A stretch of 63,058 nucleotides of DNA, the filler included, from Pelomyxa schiedti (Eukaryota > Protista > Evosea), in assembly GCA_020536535.1 (NCBI GenBank). It is 17 parts of 17 records of this genome, joined end to end, with 100 filler letters (N's around TTAATTAATTAA, not from the genome) between each part and the next. Parts side by side here need not be neighbours in the genome. Positions count along the whole stretch, not along the records: positions 25,064 to 43,165 come from JAHLWZ010000258.1; positions 43,266 to 44,355 come from JAHLWZ010002854.1; positions 44,456 to 45,843 come from JAHLWZ010002548.1; positions 45,944 to 49,586 come from JAHLWZ010001710.1; 13 more parts are not named here. The stretch is one strand, 5' to 3'. Every line of letters begins with the position of its first letter. Positions within the stretch are counted from its first letter, which is position 1. Of this stretch, positions 35,229-47,790 are shown one piece after another. A model generated the notes under the pieces. The model was not told where the DNA came from. It saw only the letters and a program-made list of their open reading frames with translations, and did no database searches. The position numbers were made by a program, and so were the translations under genes.

Positions 35229-38200
35229 TACATACGCGTAAAGTTTTTTTCACGAAACGGTTTGGTTGCGTCAATTGATGGTGAGGGATTGGTTCTGACC
35301 GGTGTGGTTGAACACGTGTGTTGGTGGTGTTGCTTGTGGGTGCTGTGCCAGTGCTTGAGCACCCCTTGATCACAACAACAACCAACCCGTTGTTCCCATC
35401 AAACGGGTGGTCGTGGTTTGTTGGTGCCACGCAACCACCGGCACCGTCGCGGTAGTGCTCGTTGTTGGTCTCGGGTGGTCTCGTGGTTTGGTCGTTGGAG
35501 CTGGTGGCGCGTTGGCCACACAAGGTGCGTGAGCTGATCACACTCACAACACACCCACCATCACCAACCACAACTCCGCCCCCACTGGCACTGCTGCTCG
35601 TTGTGGTTGTGGGTGCCACCACATACCCGCTCCCTCCCCCTCCCCCACTGTCACCCTTGCCCCCACTGTACGTGTGTCCACCACCACCCCCAAACAGTCC
35701 CCCACCGCCACCCCCTCCTCCGCAGTCACTGGTGCCTGTGGAATTGACACCGTCACCACCGCGGAACTTGTCGCCGCACTGCGGGGAGTTGTCACCCCAG
35801 CCACCTGGTGCCTCTTGTGTTGCCCTCTTGCGGTGGTCCCCGTCCGCGCTCCCTGTCTCGCCCCCTCCCCCTCCCCCGAACCCGTGCGAGTCGTAGCATA
35901 CTGCGGAGCCGCCACCACCACCAGCCACGACGAGGGGCACACCCCCCACCATCACTGCACTGCACCCACCTCCCCCTCCCCCACTGTAGCCACAACTTGG
36001 ATAGTTACCACTGCCGCCACTCCCACCACCACCAAATGATCTCCTTGTTGTCGGTGCTTGGCCATTTGGGTTGTAGACCACACCAGCACCACCCTGGCCC
36101 ACCACGATGGTGAGTTGTGTGCCAGTCTTGACCACCATCCTGGCTGTGCTGAACCCCCCTGGGCCACCCGCCATGTTGCTTACGTTTTCAGCGCCGCCGG
36201 CGGCACCCCATGCAAACACCTCAACCTCCCTCGTTGGTGGGAGTGGAGGTACAGTGGCACGCTGTGTCGGCTCAGATGATCCAACGAGGCTCACTGCGCA
36301 AACCGCAACACTCATCTCGCTTTTGGGGTCCACTGTCACATCACACTTGGTTGTCTCCTTCCCCTTCACCTCAATCACCATTGCCTCCAATGGAGTCCTT
36401 TTAATCAAATCAACTCCTCTTTCTGCTGCTGAGGATGGTGATGGTGAAGAAGTTGAAGCAGCTGGATTCGAGGGGGAGACAATCACGTTGTAGCCAACGA
36501 CTTGTTCTATTTGGATCTGATCGAGGAGGGGAGGAGGTTGGTCCCACTGGACTGTGATTATTGTTGTTGTTGCATCAGTGCCCAATGGTGATGTTGACCT
36601 TGTGCACATTGGTGCCCTGCCACCACTGGGTGTGTTTGGCACCCTCACTTTGGCCACTGTTCCAAACCCCTTGATCATCTCAATCACCTCGTCGCGTGGT
36701 CCACTCCTGCATGTTACGCCCTTGGCTTGCTCCCATGGTTCAAGTCTCTGTGTGTCCTGTGTGAAAGGGGTGTGAGCACATGTGAAATGGTGATGAGCAA
36801 CACACCAGGAACAGGGGTTTGTCTGAGAGCAATGAAGAGAGGATCGAGTGTACTTGGAGTACGGCCAGAGGTTGCTGTTGCTCCGCTTGTTGGGCGATTT
36901 GGTTTGCCTTGAAAATCAGAGCTTTGTTGTTGTTCACCACAGCCTCCAATGAGTTGCACTGTACTCCCAGGTTGTGTGCTGTCAGGATACGATGTTAAAT
37001 GGTTGTTGTTTAATAGTTGGAGGTTTGCGGGGAGGGGAAATGAGAACTCATTGCATCAGAGAGTGACTGTGACATTTCATTGATCTCCTTGCACGGTCTC
37101 AACTGCACCCAGAACCAACTGCAAATCGGCCAGAATTGACATGCAACCCTCAGTTATCACCTGAGTGGTTTGCATGATGAGTGGCCGGGAAAAAAAAAAA
37201 GGAGTGCCTTCGGCACTGACAATTGCTCTGCGCGGATTTTTGAAATGGCCTCAACTTCTTTTTCAGAAATGTCATTCAATTCCTTGCTGAGTCCTTGATT
37301 TTTGTGTAATGAGTGGATGCTTGAAGTTGAATGAAGGATTGACACACGTTTAAGTTCGGTGACCTTCTGGGCAATACCAGCTACCAACGGCACACTGGTG
37401 TGGCCAGAGTGACTTGTTGTTTTCTCACATAAATAGCAGATTGGCACACCGCATGAGCACATCAAATCTCGTTCTTTGTTTGCATGGTATGGACACATTG
37501 TAGTCGTTGCTGCTGGAGAGCCATTTTTCATTGCACCTTGTGGAATTTCTGTGATTTCTGTGGCCTGACGGAATTGTCAGTGTCATGAATTGACATGTTA
37601 GTGCAGAAAAAAAAGACCACCTGGTGTGATCGTAAGGTGCCCCTTTGGTGGTGCTGCCTGAAACAAGGTCCACAAAATAGCATTCCACGGCACGAGGAAC
37701 ATTTGCACGTGGCTGGTGATGGTGAACCTGTGGGTTCCTCACAGCAATATTGCGGCTCACACAGTGTTGATTTGACCTGTTTTATTTGGTTGGCGTTTTT
37801 TAAACGCCAGAACACGCACCAATTCAGCTTTCCTACTTTCAACGAGCGACATTGCTACAGTGTTTGGTTTCAGGTTGTTGCCTGACACTGTTGTCTTGGT
37901 TGAACTCGTGCAACGGAACGGGCACTGGATTTCAACTATTTGTGTGTGAGAGATATCAGCGAAATGCTGGGAGAGCTGAGGCCCCGACGCAACAACAGAT
38001 GCGGGTGCGTGATGGAGTCTGTTACATGACAATACACACCAGTTGCGTCGGGTGAGCAGCAACTCCACTGACACCCAGTCGACGACGACGACGACGAGGA
38101 GGTGCCACACGGCGACGCGCCAGCCTGTGTTGTTGACTGGAGTGCGTTTGTCTGGCCTGGCCCCGTTGTATCTGCTCCACCCCCCACGTGCAGTGCCGGC

Positions 38201-38415
38201 GGTTGCCTCGCTGTGGGTGTAGGCACGTGCGGCAGCGCGGCGAGCCTGGCGGCGGCCACGAGCGTTGTGAGGGCGCAGGAGCGGCAGACGGTGTGGCCGC
38301 ACTCGAGGGTGACTGGATCATGGTACATGTCCATGCACACCCCGCACACAACGTCATCACCGCCACCAACACCCCCGTCAAAGCCAATCCCACGTGTGTT
38401 GTTGTTTGCAGCCAT
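35218..38415 (-). CDS. TRIM-like protein: RING, two B-boxes, coiled coil, FN3 and glycine-rich (ALK/LTK-type) domain
   Basis: RING CGVC..CGHTVCRSC..CPFRC; B-boxes 'CSSC..FCGPCFRQHH..SH' and 'CPYH..CSCGVPICYLC..HSGH'; FN3 'ITVQWDQP..GYNV'; Gly-rich 'VFAWGAAGG..LTIVVGQGG'. Confidence 0.8.
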
Positions 38416-40292
38416 CTAACAAACTTGGCGGTTTTCGTGAAGTCGGAACAAGCGAAACTTTTGCTAGCGGGGGAGGTGCGCAAAAGGAACAAGTGCAAAG
38501 CGACATTCCTTGAAGCCCCCGTGGGCGGTTCAAAATCGATCAATTGCGGTAATGCTACTTCCACTCACCAAAAATCGGGCTTCAGATCAAGGAGAGTATG
38601 CTGCTGGGGATATGCCTACATGATATTTACTTTGGGCCTGTAAAACCCAAAAGGCCTTCTGGTACAAGCTCTGCACCATCATTGTCCACTTAACCAATTA
38701 AAAAAAGAAAAAGGGGAAAAAAAAACCAAACTTACTGGCAGGTGCATGGAAAGGGGGACTTACGGAGTTAACACGGCCCATGCAGCCCAGAGGCACCCAT
38801 TGTGTGTAAGCTCGGTGTTGAAAGCTGGCAATACCCCAGGGCCCGTGCCCCAGAGCGTGCGACGCACCCCGGCCCCGGTGGTCGCGGTCCGTCGTTTCAT
38901 GACACCTTTCTTCCTTCTGTTTGGCAGTCCTTTTTCCGTTCTTTTTATCCACTCCGAGAACTGCCCCGGTCGGGATTATGGGATCGCTGGAAAAAACCCA
39001 AAATCCTCACTCTCAGTCTTTTTTTTCTTTTCCTCTGCCTTGTTGATTATAAAAACCGTGTTCTCTTTTGGTGTAGGAGTGGTGAGTTGTAGTTGTCGCC
39101 GTCGTTTGACGGGTGGTGGAGTAGTCCCTTAATATTATGGGACAAGACGTTCTGCTGTGGTGGTTGGTGGGTGGTGCTTTATGAGACATTTCACATCAGC
39201 CACGCACTTGATGATGATTCTCAACTCCAACTAACTGTGTAAAGTAAGTGAGTCCGTTAAGAACCAATTTAAAACACGGCACTCATTTAGATAGTGCAGG
39301 AGCGTATGTCCAGTTCGAGCCAGAAAAAGCACTATGACCGACTTTTCGATCTTCTCCTGCTGTTTGTATCTTTGCCTTTATTCCCCTTTCAATTAAAGCT
39401 GCAGGCCTTTTTTATGAGTGTACATTTTGATGTATATTGGGTTCAACTCCTTCCTAGAATTGACTGTCGGGGTAAGAAGCCACTGAGATTTTAACTCTGA
39501 TGTTGTTTTGCTCTATTTTAGGTGTCTTTCATCTGACTGTACAACACCGCAGCTCTCCAGTGGCTACCTGGGAATCTTTTCCCCCCCTCCTTACAATGCA
39601 TGTGGGATTGTGAGTGGTACAAGGGGGTATGGCATAACCTGCCAACAAGCCAGTGGACTACAGAGATATCATCAGCACGTGCTGTGTAATTTTATTTGTA
39701 TTATGGAATTATTGGCCCTGAACCCAGGGTATTTATTTTCCTTGTTTGTGAAAGTTAACTTTGACATTGGGTTGTGGTGATGGCTCCGCATTTGAACCAG
39801 AACACGGCAATCATAAATTGGTCTCTCCACCAGACTAAATGAGACCTCATTTCCAGCTATCACACAAGCTTTAGACTTTAAGCAAGTGAATCAATTTCAC
39901 ACATCCACAAACATAAGCTGATTACAAGGATACAAGCAGAACCTGATTCAGCAGAACGCAATTAGCAGTTCAGAGGAGTGGCTTGGACATGTTCCCAGTC
40001 AGCCCAGTTTATTTTTGAAGACCTAAGTGTGGCGCAGGGGAAACAGGGAAATCCATCACACCTCGCCACACCTAAGTATCGACCCTTCGGCGAAAAACCA
40101 AACAACTTGGTTTTTCTTTGATCGGTCTTTTGTGGTGTACGGCAACAAACACTCAAAGAAAATGAGTAACAGTCATTGAGTCGATTCAACAATGCAAACC
40201 AAATGTTCCCGCCCAACATCTATTACTAATCATCCCAACACAACACAATCCGAAGAGCGACACACGACTGCACCACCGACTGTCACACGTCA

Positions 40293-41961
40293 ATGAGCGC
40301 CAAACACGGTCACGCCAACAACAACATACGCAAGGAGGACGCCGCAATGGAGACGGTAAATGAGCGCCGGAGGGTACGTGATGCCCCAAAGGAAGATGAC
40401 ACCCAGCCACAACAGCAAGAGCATGCACAACCGCCTCAGCCCAAGAAGCAGCACCACCAGGCCCACAGGCGCAGACATGCGCAGCCCCCAACGCCAACGC
40501 CAACGCCAACGCCAACGCCAACGCCAACGCCAACGCCAACGCCAACGCCAACGCCAACGCCAACGCAACAAGAGCCACAGGCCCGTCGCATGGTTGCCGC
40601 TGATACCGCTGCTGCGACAGCACAGGCTTCGCAGCCGACATCGTCGTCATCAGCTGCGGCATCGGCATCCTCAGCCACCACCGCAACGACAACCACATCG
40701 CCGTTGGCAACTGGTGGTGTCGGTGCCGGTGTTGGTGTTGGTAGTGGCGAGGGGACCCTCGTCACTGTGGAAGCTGCCGCCTCTGCAACATTCATTGGGG
40801 AATATGCTCCGTCGTGCACGTGCAACGCCAAGAACAAGACCTCGTCGAAGAGGTCTTGTTGCCAACGGCAAAGGCAGACCTTGTGCCTTGTGACAAGCTT
40901 CCACAATGCTAGCCTACAAGTGACCAGCCTCAGAAACGATAAGCAGGCTGCAGACTCCACCATCGCCGACCTCGACAGGCAACTGATCACTGTGACGAAG
41001 GCACGAGACGATGTTGCTGCACAGCTGGGTGCGTCGAAGGATGAGGTAGCCAAAGGGAAAATCATCACCAGCAAGCTCAACCAGCAACTCGTGGAAATGG
41101 AGGCCCACCTTAGTAGCGCCAATGCAGCGATAGACAAACTGAATGGTGAGCTGCAAACCTCCAATGTACGAGCGGAACTCCTTGCTACGCAGCTTACAGG
41201 TACAAGCAAAGAAGGAGACGATCTGAGGATGCAGCTTGGCCAGGCACAGCTGCAAGCAGCATCAATGCAGAAAGAGTTGGACATCCTGAGAGAACAGCAA
41301 GTTGAACTACTTAGAGAGGAGAGAGATGCGTCCATGAAGAAACAAGCTGCTGCCGAAGATTTAATCGCCAATAACAGGATCACCAAGAACATTACTGCAC
41401 GGGTATGCATATCTACATGGCAAGTAAACATACAATAAACCATACATCTCTTCTGAATAAATATGATATAATATCTACAAATCCGTTAACGCGTCCTTTC
41501 AGGGGGTTTCTTTGTTGGAAGGCCAACCCATTTATGGTGCTGATCTTAATTCTAATTCTGCATCAGCATCGGCATCTGCAATAGCGTCCACTTCTACTTC
41601 TACATCATCTACTTCTTCTTTGTCTTCTTATTCAGGCCCATGCCAAGGTGACAATCAACCTGCTCCTAGTGGTACTGCTGCTTCAGCCACCCTCCCTGCT
41701 GTCAACAATGATACTCCTCCTCTCCTCGACACTGTTTTCACCATCCATTTTCCCAAAGGGACCACAACTTACAGTGAGCATGTTCAGCTGCCAGGAAACC
41801 AGGAAATAACCGGGTTCGATTTCAACTACTCTCCCAATGTACCTAGTATCAGGCGATTCAATGTAACACTTTCAGTGGCTACTAACTCGCTACAGTGGCT
41901 CCGCTTCAATGTAAGTTCAACCCCAAATGCATACCACATTAAAACCCAAACCAGTAAGTAG
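40293..41961 (+). CDS. Hypothetical Pro-Thr repeat and coiled-coil protein (2+ exons)
   Basis: 381-aa ORF, then an intron at about 41403-41502 and a Ser-rich terminal exon ending at 41961. Confidence 0.6.
40488..40565. repeat. (CCAACG)13 perfect microsatellite encoding (PT)13
   Basis: Directly visible. Confidence 0.97.
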
Positions 41962-42551
41962 TCAGTAACTCATTGACAAAAAAAGGTAACTGCACAAAAT
42001 GGAACTAAGGAAGGCCGTGATCACATTGGACAGGACCGAAGCACGGACTTGAAGCCAGAGAGGAAGCCGTCTAAAAGGGTAATATGGTCCATCACAGAAA
42101 CCAGTCCTAGCTGTCACTGGGTATTCCATGTGCAACAGCAGCAGTTTCCAGGGCATCATTATGCCACCACAGCCCCTGCCTCTCCTGCCCAAAGCACCCA
42201 GCCATCGCAAAAGGGAGGGGAGCTCTGAGCCACCAAACAGTAACTCTCCACAATCCAACCCAATAACCCAATAAATAAAATTAACAGGTGAGTCTGCTGT
42301 TTTGGAAAATATCTTTTTTTTTTTCACATGCAAAGGTCCTGTTGGAGTGTTCACGGCCTCTTTCCTTTCCATCTCCACTAGTATGTAAGTAAAATTAAAT
42401 TTGCAATTGCGTTGTTGGCAAGTCTGAGCAGCGTAGCACATCCCGCACAGTCCTAGTAAGTACCATTCTACAAAAAATTAATGCTCGAAGAGGAAGTGGA
42501 ACCGAAGGATCTTGGCATGACGAATAACAGTTTTAACACTTGTGCCAGAGG

Positions 42552-42806
42552 AGGGGTTAAGCCCACACGTCGGGGCATTTATTACGAACTTTTTATACTG
42601 GGAACGACAGAGGGGGTTGAGGGGGGTTGGTGGTGTTGGTGTCTGCTACGGTGTTGCGTTGGGTTATTTTTGGTTTGCGCGATGCTTTGTTTGTTTAGTT
42701 GTGTGTTTTGTTTGACGGAGGTTTGACGGCTACTGGTTATACTGGTTTAATTGAAGGTGGGTCTGCGGTTATACTTTTGTTCAAGGTGGGTCATATTGCT
42801 GGTATC
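42552..42806 (-). mobile_element. Second, shorter copy of the element at 20354-20676
   Basis: The reverse complement matches about 20395-20677, with fewer STR units and scattered SNPs. Confidence 0.88.
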
Positions 42807-42825
42807 GGGGCATATCTGGAGCCCA

Positions 42826-42913
42826 GGGGCGGTCATTTTACATAGAGGAAAAACCACAGGAAAATTGTAAAATGACCGCCCCATCGTTTTGAGGGCGGTC
42901 ATTTTACAATTTT
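42826..42913. repeat. Three alternating-orientation copies of GGGCGGTCATTTTACA
   Basis: Copies at 42826-42842 (+), 42866-42882 (-) and 42893-42908 (+). 42861-42881 and 42893-42913 form a perfect 21-bp inverted repeat. Confidence 0.9.
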
Positions 42914-43265
42914 TTCCTTCTAATCTCTTAATTATTTTCTTCCTTCTGGGGTCCGTGTGGTACCACACCATGCCAGAACGTGGCTGTTGGTCGCCTCAAT
43001 CCTTACGGAGCTCGTGGTACTCATGGAACTTTAAAAAAAAATTTTTTTTTTTTGCCTGGTCCGAAATGGACATCAGGCCAGGGCACAGAGGTGAGGGTAG
43101 AGGAGTGTGGAGGAGCACGGCAATGGCACAGAGCACAGATGTGAGATAGAGTGGGGTGTGCAAGGNNNNNNNNNNNNNNNNNNNNNNNNNNNNNNNNNNN
43201 NNNNNNNNNTTAATTAATTAANNNNNNNNNNNNNNNNNNNNNNNNNNNNNNNNNNNNNNNNNNNN

Positions 43266-44355
43266 GTGGATCGCAGCCATGCTCTTATGGAGCTGCACTG
43301 AATGCACCAGATACAAATATAACCAGCCTAGTGCAAAAGCTTCAAGAAGTGGAAGATCACAATCAACTATCCCACAGATTCAAGGCCCCAGTACCAGCAG
43401 AGGCAGCGTACTAATTACGAGAATAACCCAAATATTATTATGATGAAGACTACGGGCTGTGGTAGTACCACAAGGACCACTGGAAGTCCCAATGACTGGT
43501 GAATCAAATAGTACTACATCAAGTAAGAGTGGTGGTGCACAATGCACAGAACGAGGGAACCTGAGGGCAAGGGATTACATCAGTGAAGATGCACTCAAGC
43601 AAAATGCACCAAACGTGGAGGTAACAGAGACATACAGTTTGGTGAAAGCCAAGGCTATAAATGATACATTAGTCTCATTATGGGGAGATTGACCTAGTAG
43701 AAATCGACAAGGCAATACACCCAGTAACATTCACAGTCACTAGAGGACTGAAGAATATGATACTTATCTCCCATTACAAAGGAGATATTTCGCACTCCTG
43801 TAATTCTTTTAGGTGGTAAAATGGGAAGACAGTTAGTTACTGGTGAAGAGCGGAAACAAGTGTATTGTTCCATAGCAAGATACTACTATCCCAGGCTGGT
43901 TTACTGTTGCAGTAGATGTCACACTGCCTGTAAGACTACATGTTGGAGAGCTACTCTTGGTAAGACACTGATAAGGATCTTAAAAGGATAAACAGTGCTC
44001 TAGGACTAGAAGTGCACAAGAGGTAGCCCTACAATGGGAAGCAAAGCTAAGGGCTAGTGGTAAAGTCGAGAAACATGCCTCCCTATTCATATGTGAATTT
44101 CTGTATTGCTTATAGATGACGACTGTACTTAGTTAGTAGTAGAACTTGAAGCACGTGCTGCAGTCTGTGGTATTGTATTCCAGGAATATCTGGTCAAGAG
44201 CACCAGTAGAGAACGAGGTAGTTACTGAGGATCACGCTATTGAGAACTGTGTTCTTTGCCTGTATGGAGTTTACACTGAAGGAGATGTACGACTTACAGA
44301 GAGCGGACCCTGAATTGGATTTCATCATCAGTTTGTCTGGGTGGAGCCAAACCAT
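43266..44355 (+). pseudogene. Degenerate A-rich coding-like contig, possibly an LTR retrotransposon relic
   Basis: Purine-rich strand with only fragmented ORFs and no evident introns. No intact diagnostic motif. Confidence 0.2.
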
Positions 44356-44455
44356 NNNNNNNNNNNNNNNNNNNNNNNNNNNNNNNNNNNNNNNNNNNNT
44401 TAATTAATTAANNNNNNNNNNNNNNNNNNNNNNNNNNNNNNNNNNNNNNNNNNNN

Positions 44456-45046
44456 AAGAGAGTCAAGCCCACAGAAGTGATGCCAATTACAACGACGTGG
44501 GGCCAGTTCATCAATTCACTCCCTCGTGATGATGTGGCTTGGGCAATCATCAACGTTAGATATGGTATCCTACCGACAATCACCTCTTTTTTTCCTGTCC
44601 TTCTTGTCATTATGTAGAAATGCAAATATACACATAATATATCCCCTACTTACTCACTTACCACAGTTACAAGCAATGGTGGGAAAAGGCTGAAGCAACT
44701 GTGGCTGTCATGGATTCCAGAGGGATTCCGAAGAGGCAGCACCAAAGAAACAGTTGCCGTTAAATTCATGACTCCCATGGTGCTCTCAAGCCTCAGGCTC
44801 ACTTGTGCCGGTATATACCCCTTTGACCTTTTCCTAAAACCCAATAGTAAATCAATCAGTTTTCATTTTCAACTAACTTGCGAATCAACAGGCCACAATC
44901 AGCATGGGTTCCACCACCACGCCGGGACCGCTGAGGGTCTCAATGTCGCAGATATTGTTGAGCGTGTGAGCAGGTTTGAAAGGGACCCAATTGACCAGAC
45001 CAGTGTCGCAGCCTTCGTGAATGGAACCCCTTCATTCACTTCCTGA
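44456..45046 (+). CDS. Divergent ADF/cofilin-homology domain protein, 3' part
   Basis: 'TWGQFINSLPRDDVAWAIINVRY|..GGKRLKQLWLSWIPE..' parallels the cofilin motif 'FxxxLPxxDCRYA..GxRxKxxFxxWxP'. Two short introns. Confidence 0.7.
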
Positions 45047-46644
45047 TTCGAACCAACCCACGACCATCCCACACCAATCATTTTGTGTAGATAAACAAAA
45101 CAATAACAATGAAGCTTCTTTTGTCCAGAAGCTGTTTGTGAAAGAATGCCTGATTTTTAACTTGTTGCTTTTTAAACAAAAGACAGTCCTTTTGTAGTTG
45201 CATGACTACACTTCAATAAGCAAACTAAATTATCCCTTTGGCGTTGCTGTGGAGTGTGGGTTGTGGACTTGAAAACCGAAACTATGTTGTGGGTTATAAG
45301 CAGGGTGGGGCGGTAGGCTGGAACTGTTGCTATGCGGCGGTCGACGCAATTGGCGTGGGGAAGTCAAATCCACTTGCACGGTTACGGTTGTCACACAACA
45401 TCCTGTTACTTCGAGTAGCGTAGATTTCTGGTAAGTGATTAGCTGTGATTGGTGGTTCCCGAATTACCTGGACTGGACAATTGGTGGGTCCGTGCAAAGG
45501 CATAATGCCTTTCCATGACGCGGAGGTTGTTCTGAGGTGGAGGAGGTGGTGATATATCAGGATGCAAATTCTCCCGTGGTGCAACTGTGGCTTTGGTTTC
45601 TTGATTTAAAAGGTCAAATTTCAAAGAGACAAACACACTTTTTGTTGTTTTTCGAGTTTTGCATACCGTTACTATACCGCACAAGCGAACCTTGCAAGCG
45701 ATAATGATAGTTGGTTCAAGCATTTCCGTTGTTACTGTCGCTGTTTTACTGGTTGCCGGTGCCGTCGCGTATGTTTTCCCCTCGTCAATTTTGCGTGTTT
45801 CCCTCGGCCAGTCTAACCGCGAGCAGGGCCATCAACAGGCTCANNNNNNNNNNNNNNNNNNNNNNNNNNNNNNNNNNNNNNNNNNNNTTAATTAATTAAN
45901 NNNNNNNNNNNNNNNNNNNNNNNNNNNNNNNNNNNNNNNNNNNACAAACGTAGCCACCGATGTTGAAGCAGTGCCGCCAAGTCGCCGCGCACAATTACCT
46001 CAACTGGTACCATCGCCGACAAGGCTGCGGCCAGTGTGTTGCCGATTTCACCCCCCACCACCTTGGCCATGGTTGCCACAACAATCCCTGGCAACTACCT
46101 TCACTGGCACACGTGTCTTTCGCTAGAGCCGGTTGTATACAAATTTGTTTCCGTTGTATACAAATTTTTTCTAAGTCGATTTTTGTATATAAAATCCGCC
46201 GTGGGACCAAAGACTTAGTTGGCTGAATAAAATAATCAACGGACCGGAACGCTGTCATTTTCGTTATCGTCGCTCAGGATCGGCGGTCTGGTGTTTTTTT
46301 TATTCAGCCAGTTGGTTTCGGAGAACAAAGAGAAAAGGGGCACTCGAGTCGGTCGTCTCAGCGGCCGACCAGTTCGTGACCCTGGCTTGTGGGACTTGGT
46401 GGCCACAGTACCATCTTCCGGTCGGGATCCTCACCGCGTCGCCGGCACTGCTTTCGGAGTTCAACCGATCATGGGTGGTGTTTGGATGAGGGCGTCATTA
46501 TGGGTTATACGAGTGAGACCAACAGACAAAAACAGTTTTCCACTTGTGGGATTGATAACAGCCAGCTTGTTGGGCATGTTGGTACCTCATTCTGTTTGGG
46601 AAAGAAGGTTGGATGCCTGCAAAAATGCCCATGATAAGAAGTGC

Positions 46645-47790
46645 TGAATCACAACCATCATCACCTTGGGGCGATGTGGAAAGTGGAAGTAGTTGTTTTG
46701 GTGAGGGGAGGAATGATCGAATTTCACTTTGTATCTTTTATCCTCCCTCTGTTGGGAGTCTTGTGCCTCTGCCACAATGAGAATGTCATGGTATGTACTG
46801 GTCACTGCTGCACTCCAGCTTCTTGGAGACCTTGGCCTGTGTAACATGAAACCTGCAATAATAACATGCAGGTTACAATCTGGAAATGGTTGCTTGTTGT
46901 GGTGTTAATTACCTCTAAGTAGGTACATCCACCAAGTTCGGAGCAAAGTGATTGAATCTCATCCGGTGTCACTGCTCGTGTCAAATTGCATTTGTTGCCA
47001 ACAATAAACATCTTGGGCAGAATGTCACCTGGTTCAGAGCAGGTGTACCTCGTGATTTCCTTGACCCATAGCGGAGCAACTTCAAATGTGTAATGATCAC
47101 TCAAGTCAAAGAGAATGAAGAAACCTTGTTTCGTGCAAGTAAGGGTGTAAGACTTGTTTTGTTGACATACCAACACACTTCCTGTACCACGAAACGCAAA
47201 CATTCCGGAATTTTTCCTCGCCAGCCGAATCCCACATCTGTCTCCCTTGTGTGTGGAAATGGAAAACAAGAGAGTGAAAGGGAAAAGTACCTTTGTTTTC
47301 AAAACAGTATGTTGGCCTTTTTCCGCCAAGTCAAATGTGCCATGATAGAAGCCGGCATCATCACACTGCAGGTTATGTGGCTCTATTTTCCCGGCACAAT
47401 ACCATTTTGTTTTTATCTTTGAATTGGTGTGACAGTCACAACGGCAACCACAACTCACCAAACCAGGTACTCATACAGCAAGTATTACAAACCAGAAGAA
47501 GCAGACGGCGGGAGTGCCGCCGAGGTCATGCCCTGTATGCACCGCGACATTTGCCCACGTTTGCCTCCCCGATTGACGCCACGGCGACCACCCACTCCCA
47601 CCCGCCTTGTTGCAGCCGTTGTTTGGCCGTGGTGGCCCCGACAGCAAGCGCTGCTGCTGTTGGTGTTGGTGACGACGTCGTGCAGTGAAGTGACATGTCG
47701 ACGTATCGTGAGTAGTTGCGCAGCTGCTGCGCCGTGAATGTCGTGGTGGTGCCCGATGATGAGGATGAAGTGGTTGCTGTCGTCGGGCCA
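46645..47790 (-). pseudogene. Divergent, apparently frameshifted Ras/Rab-like GTPase gene
   Basis: P-loop-like 'SIGEANVGK' followed shortly by a stop. Downstream: 'GFFILFDLSDHYTFEVAPLWVKEI..MFIVGNKCNL..YLEV|SCYTGQGL'. Confidence 0.55.
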
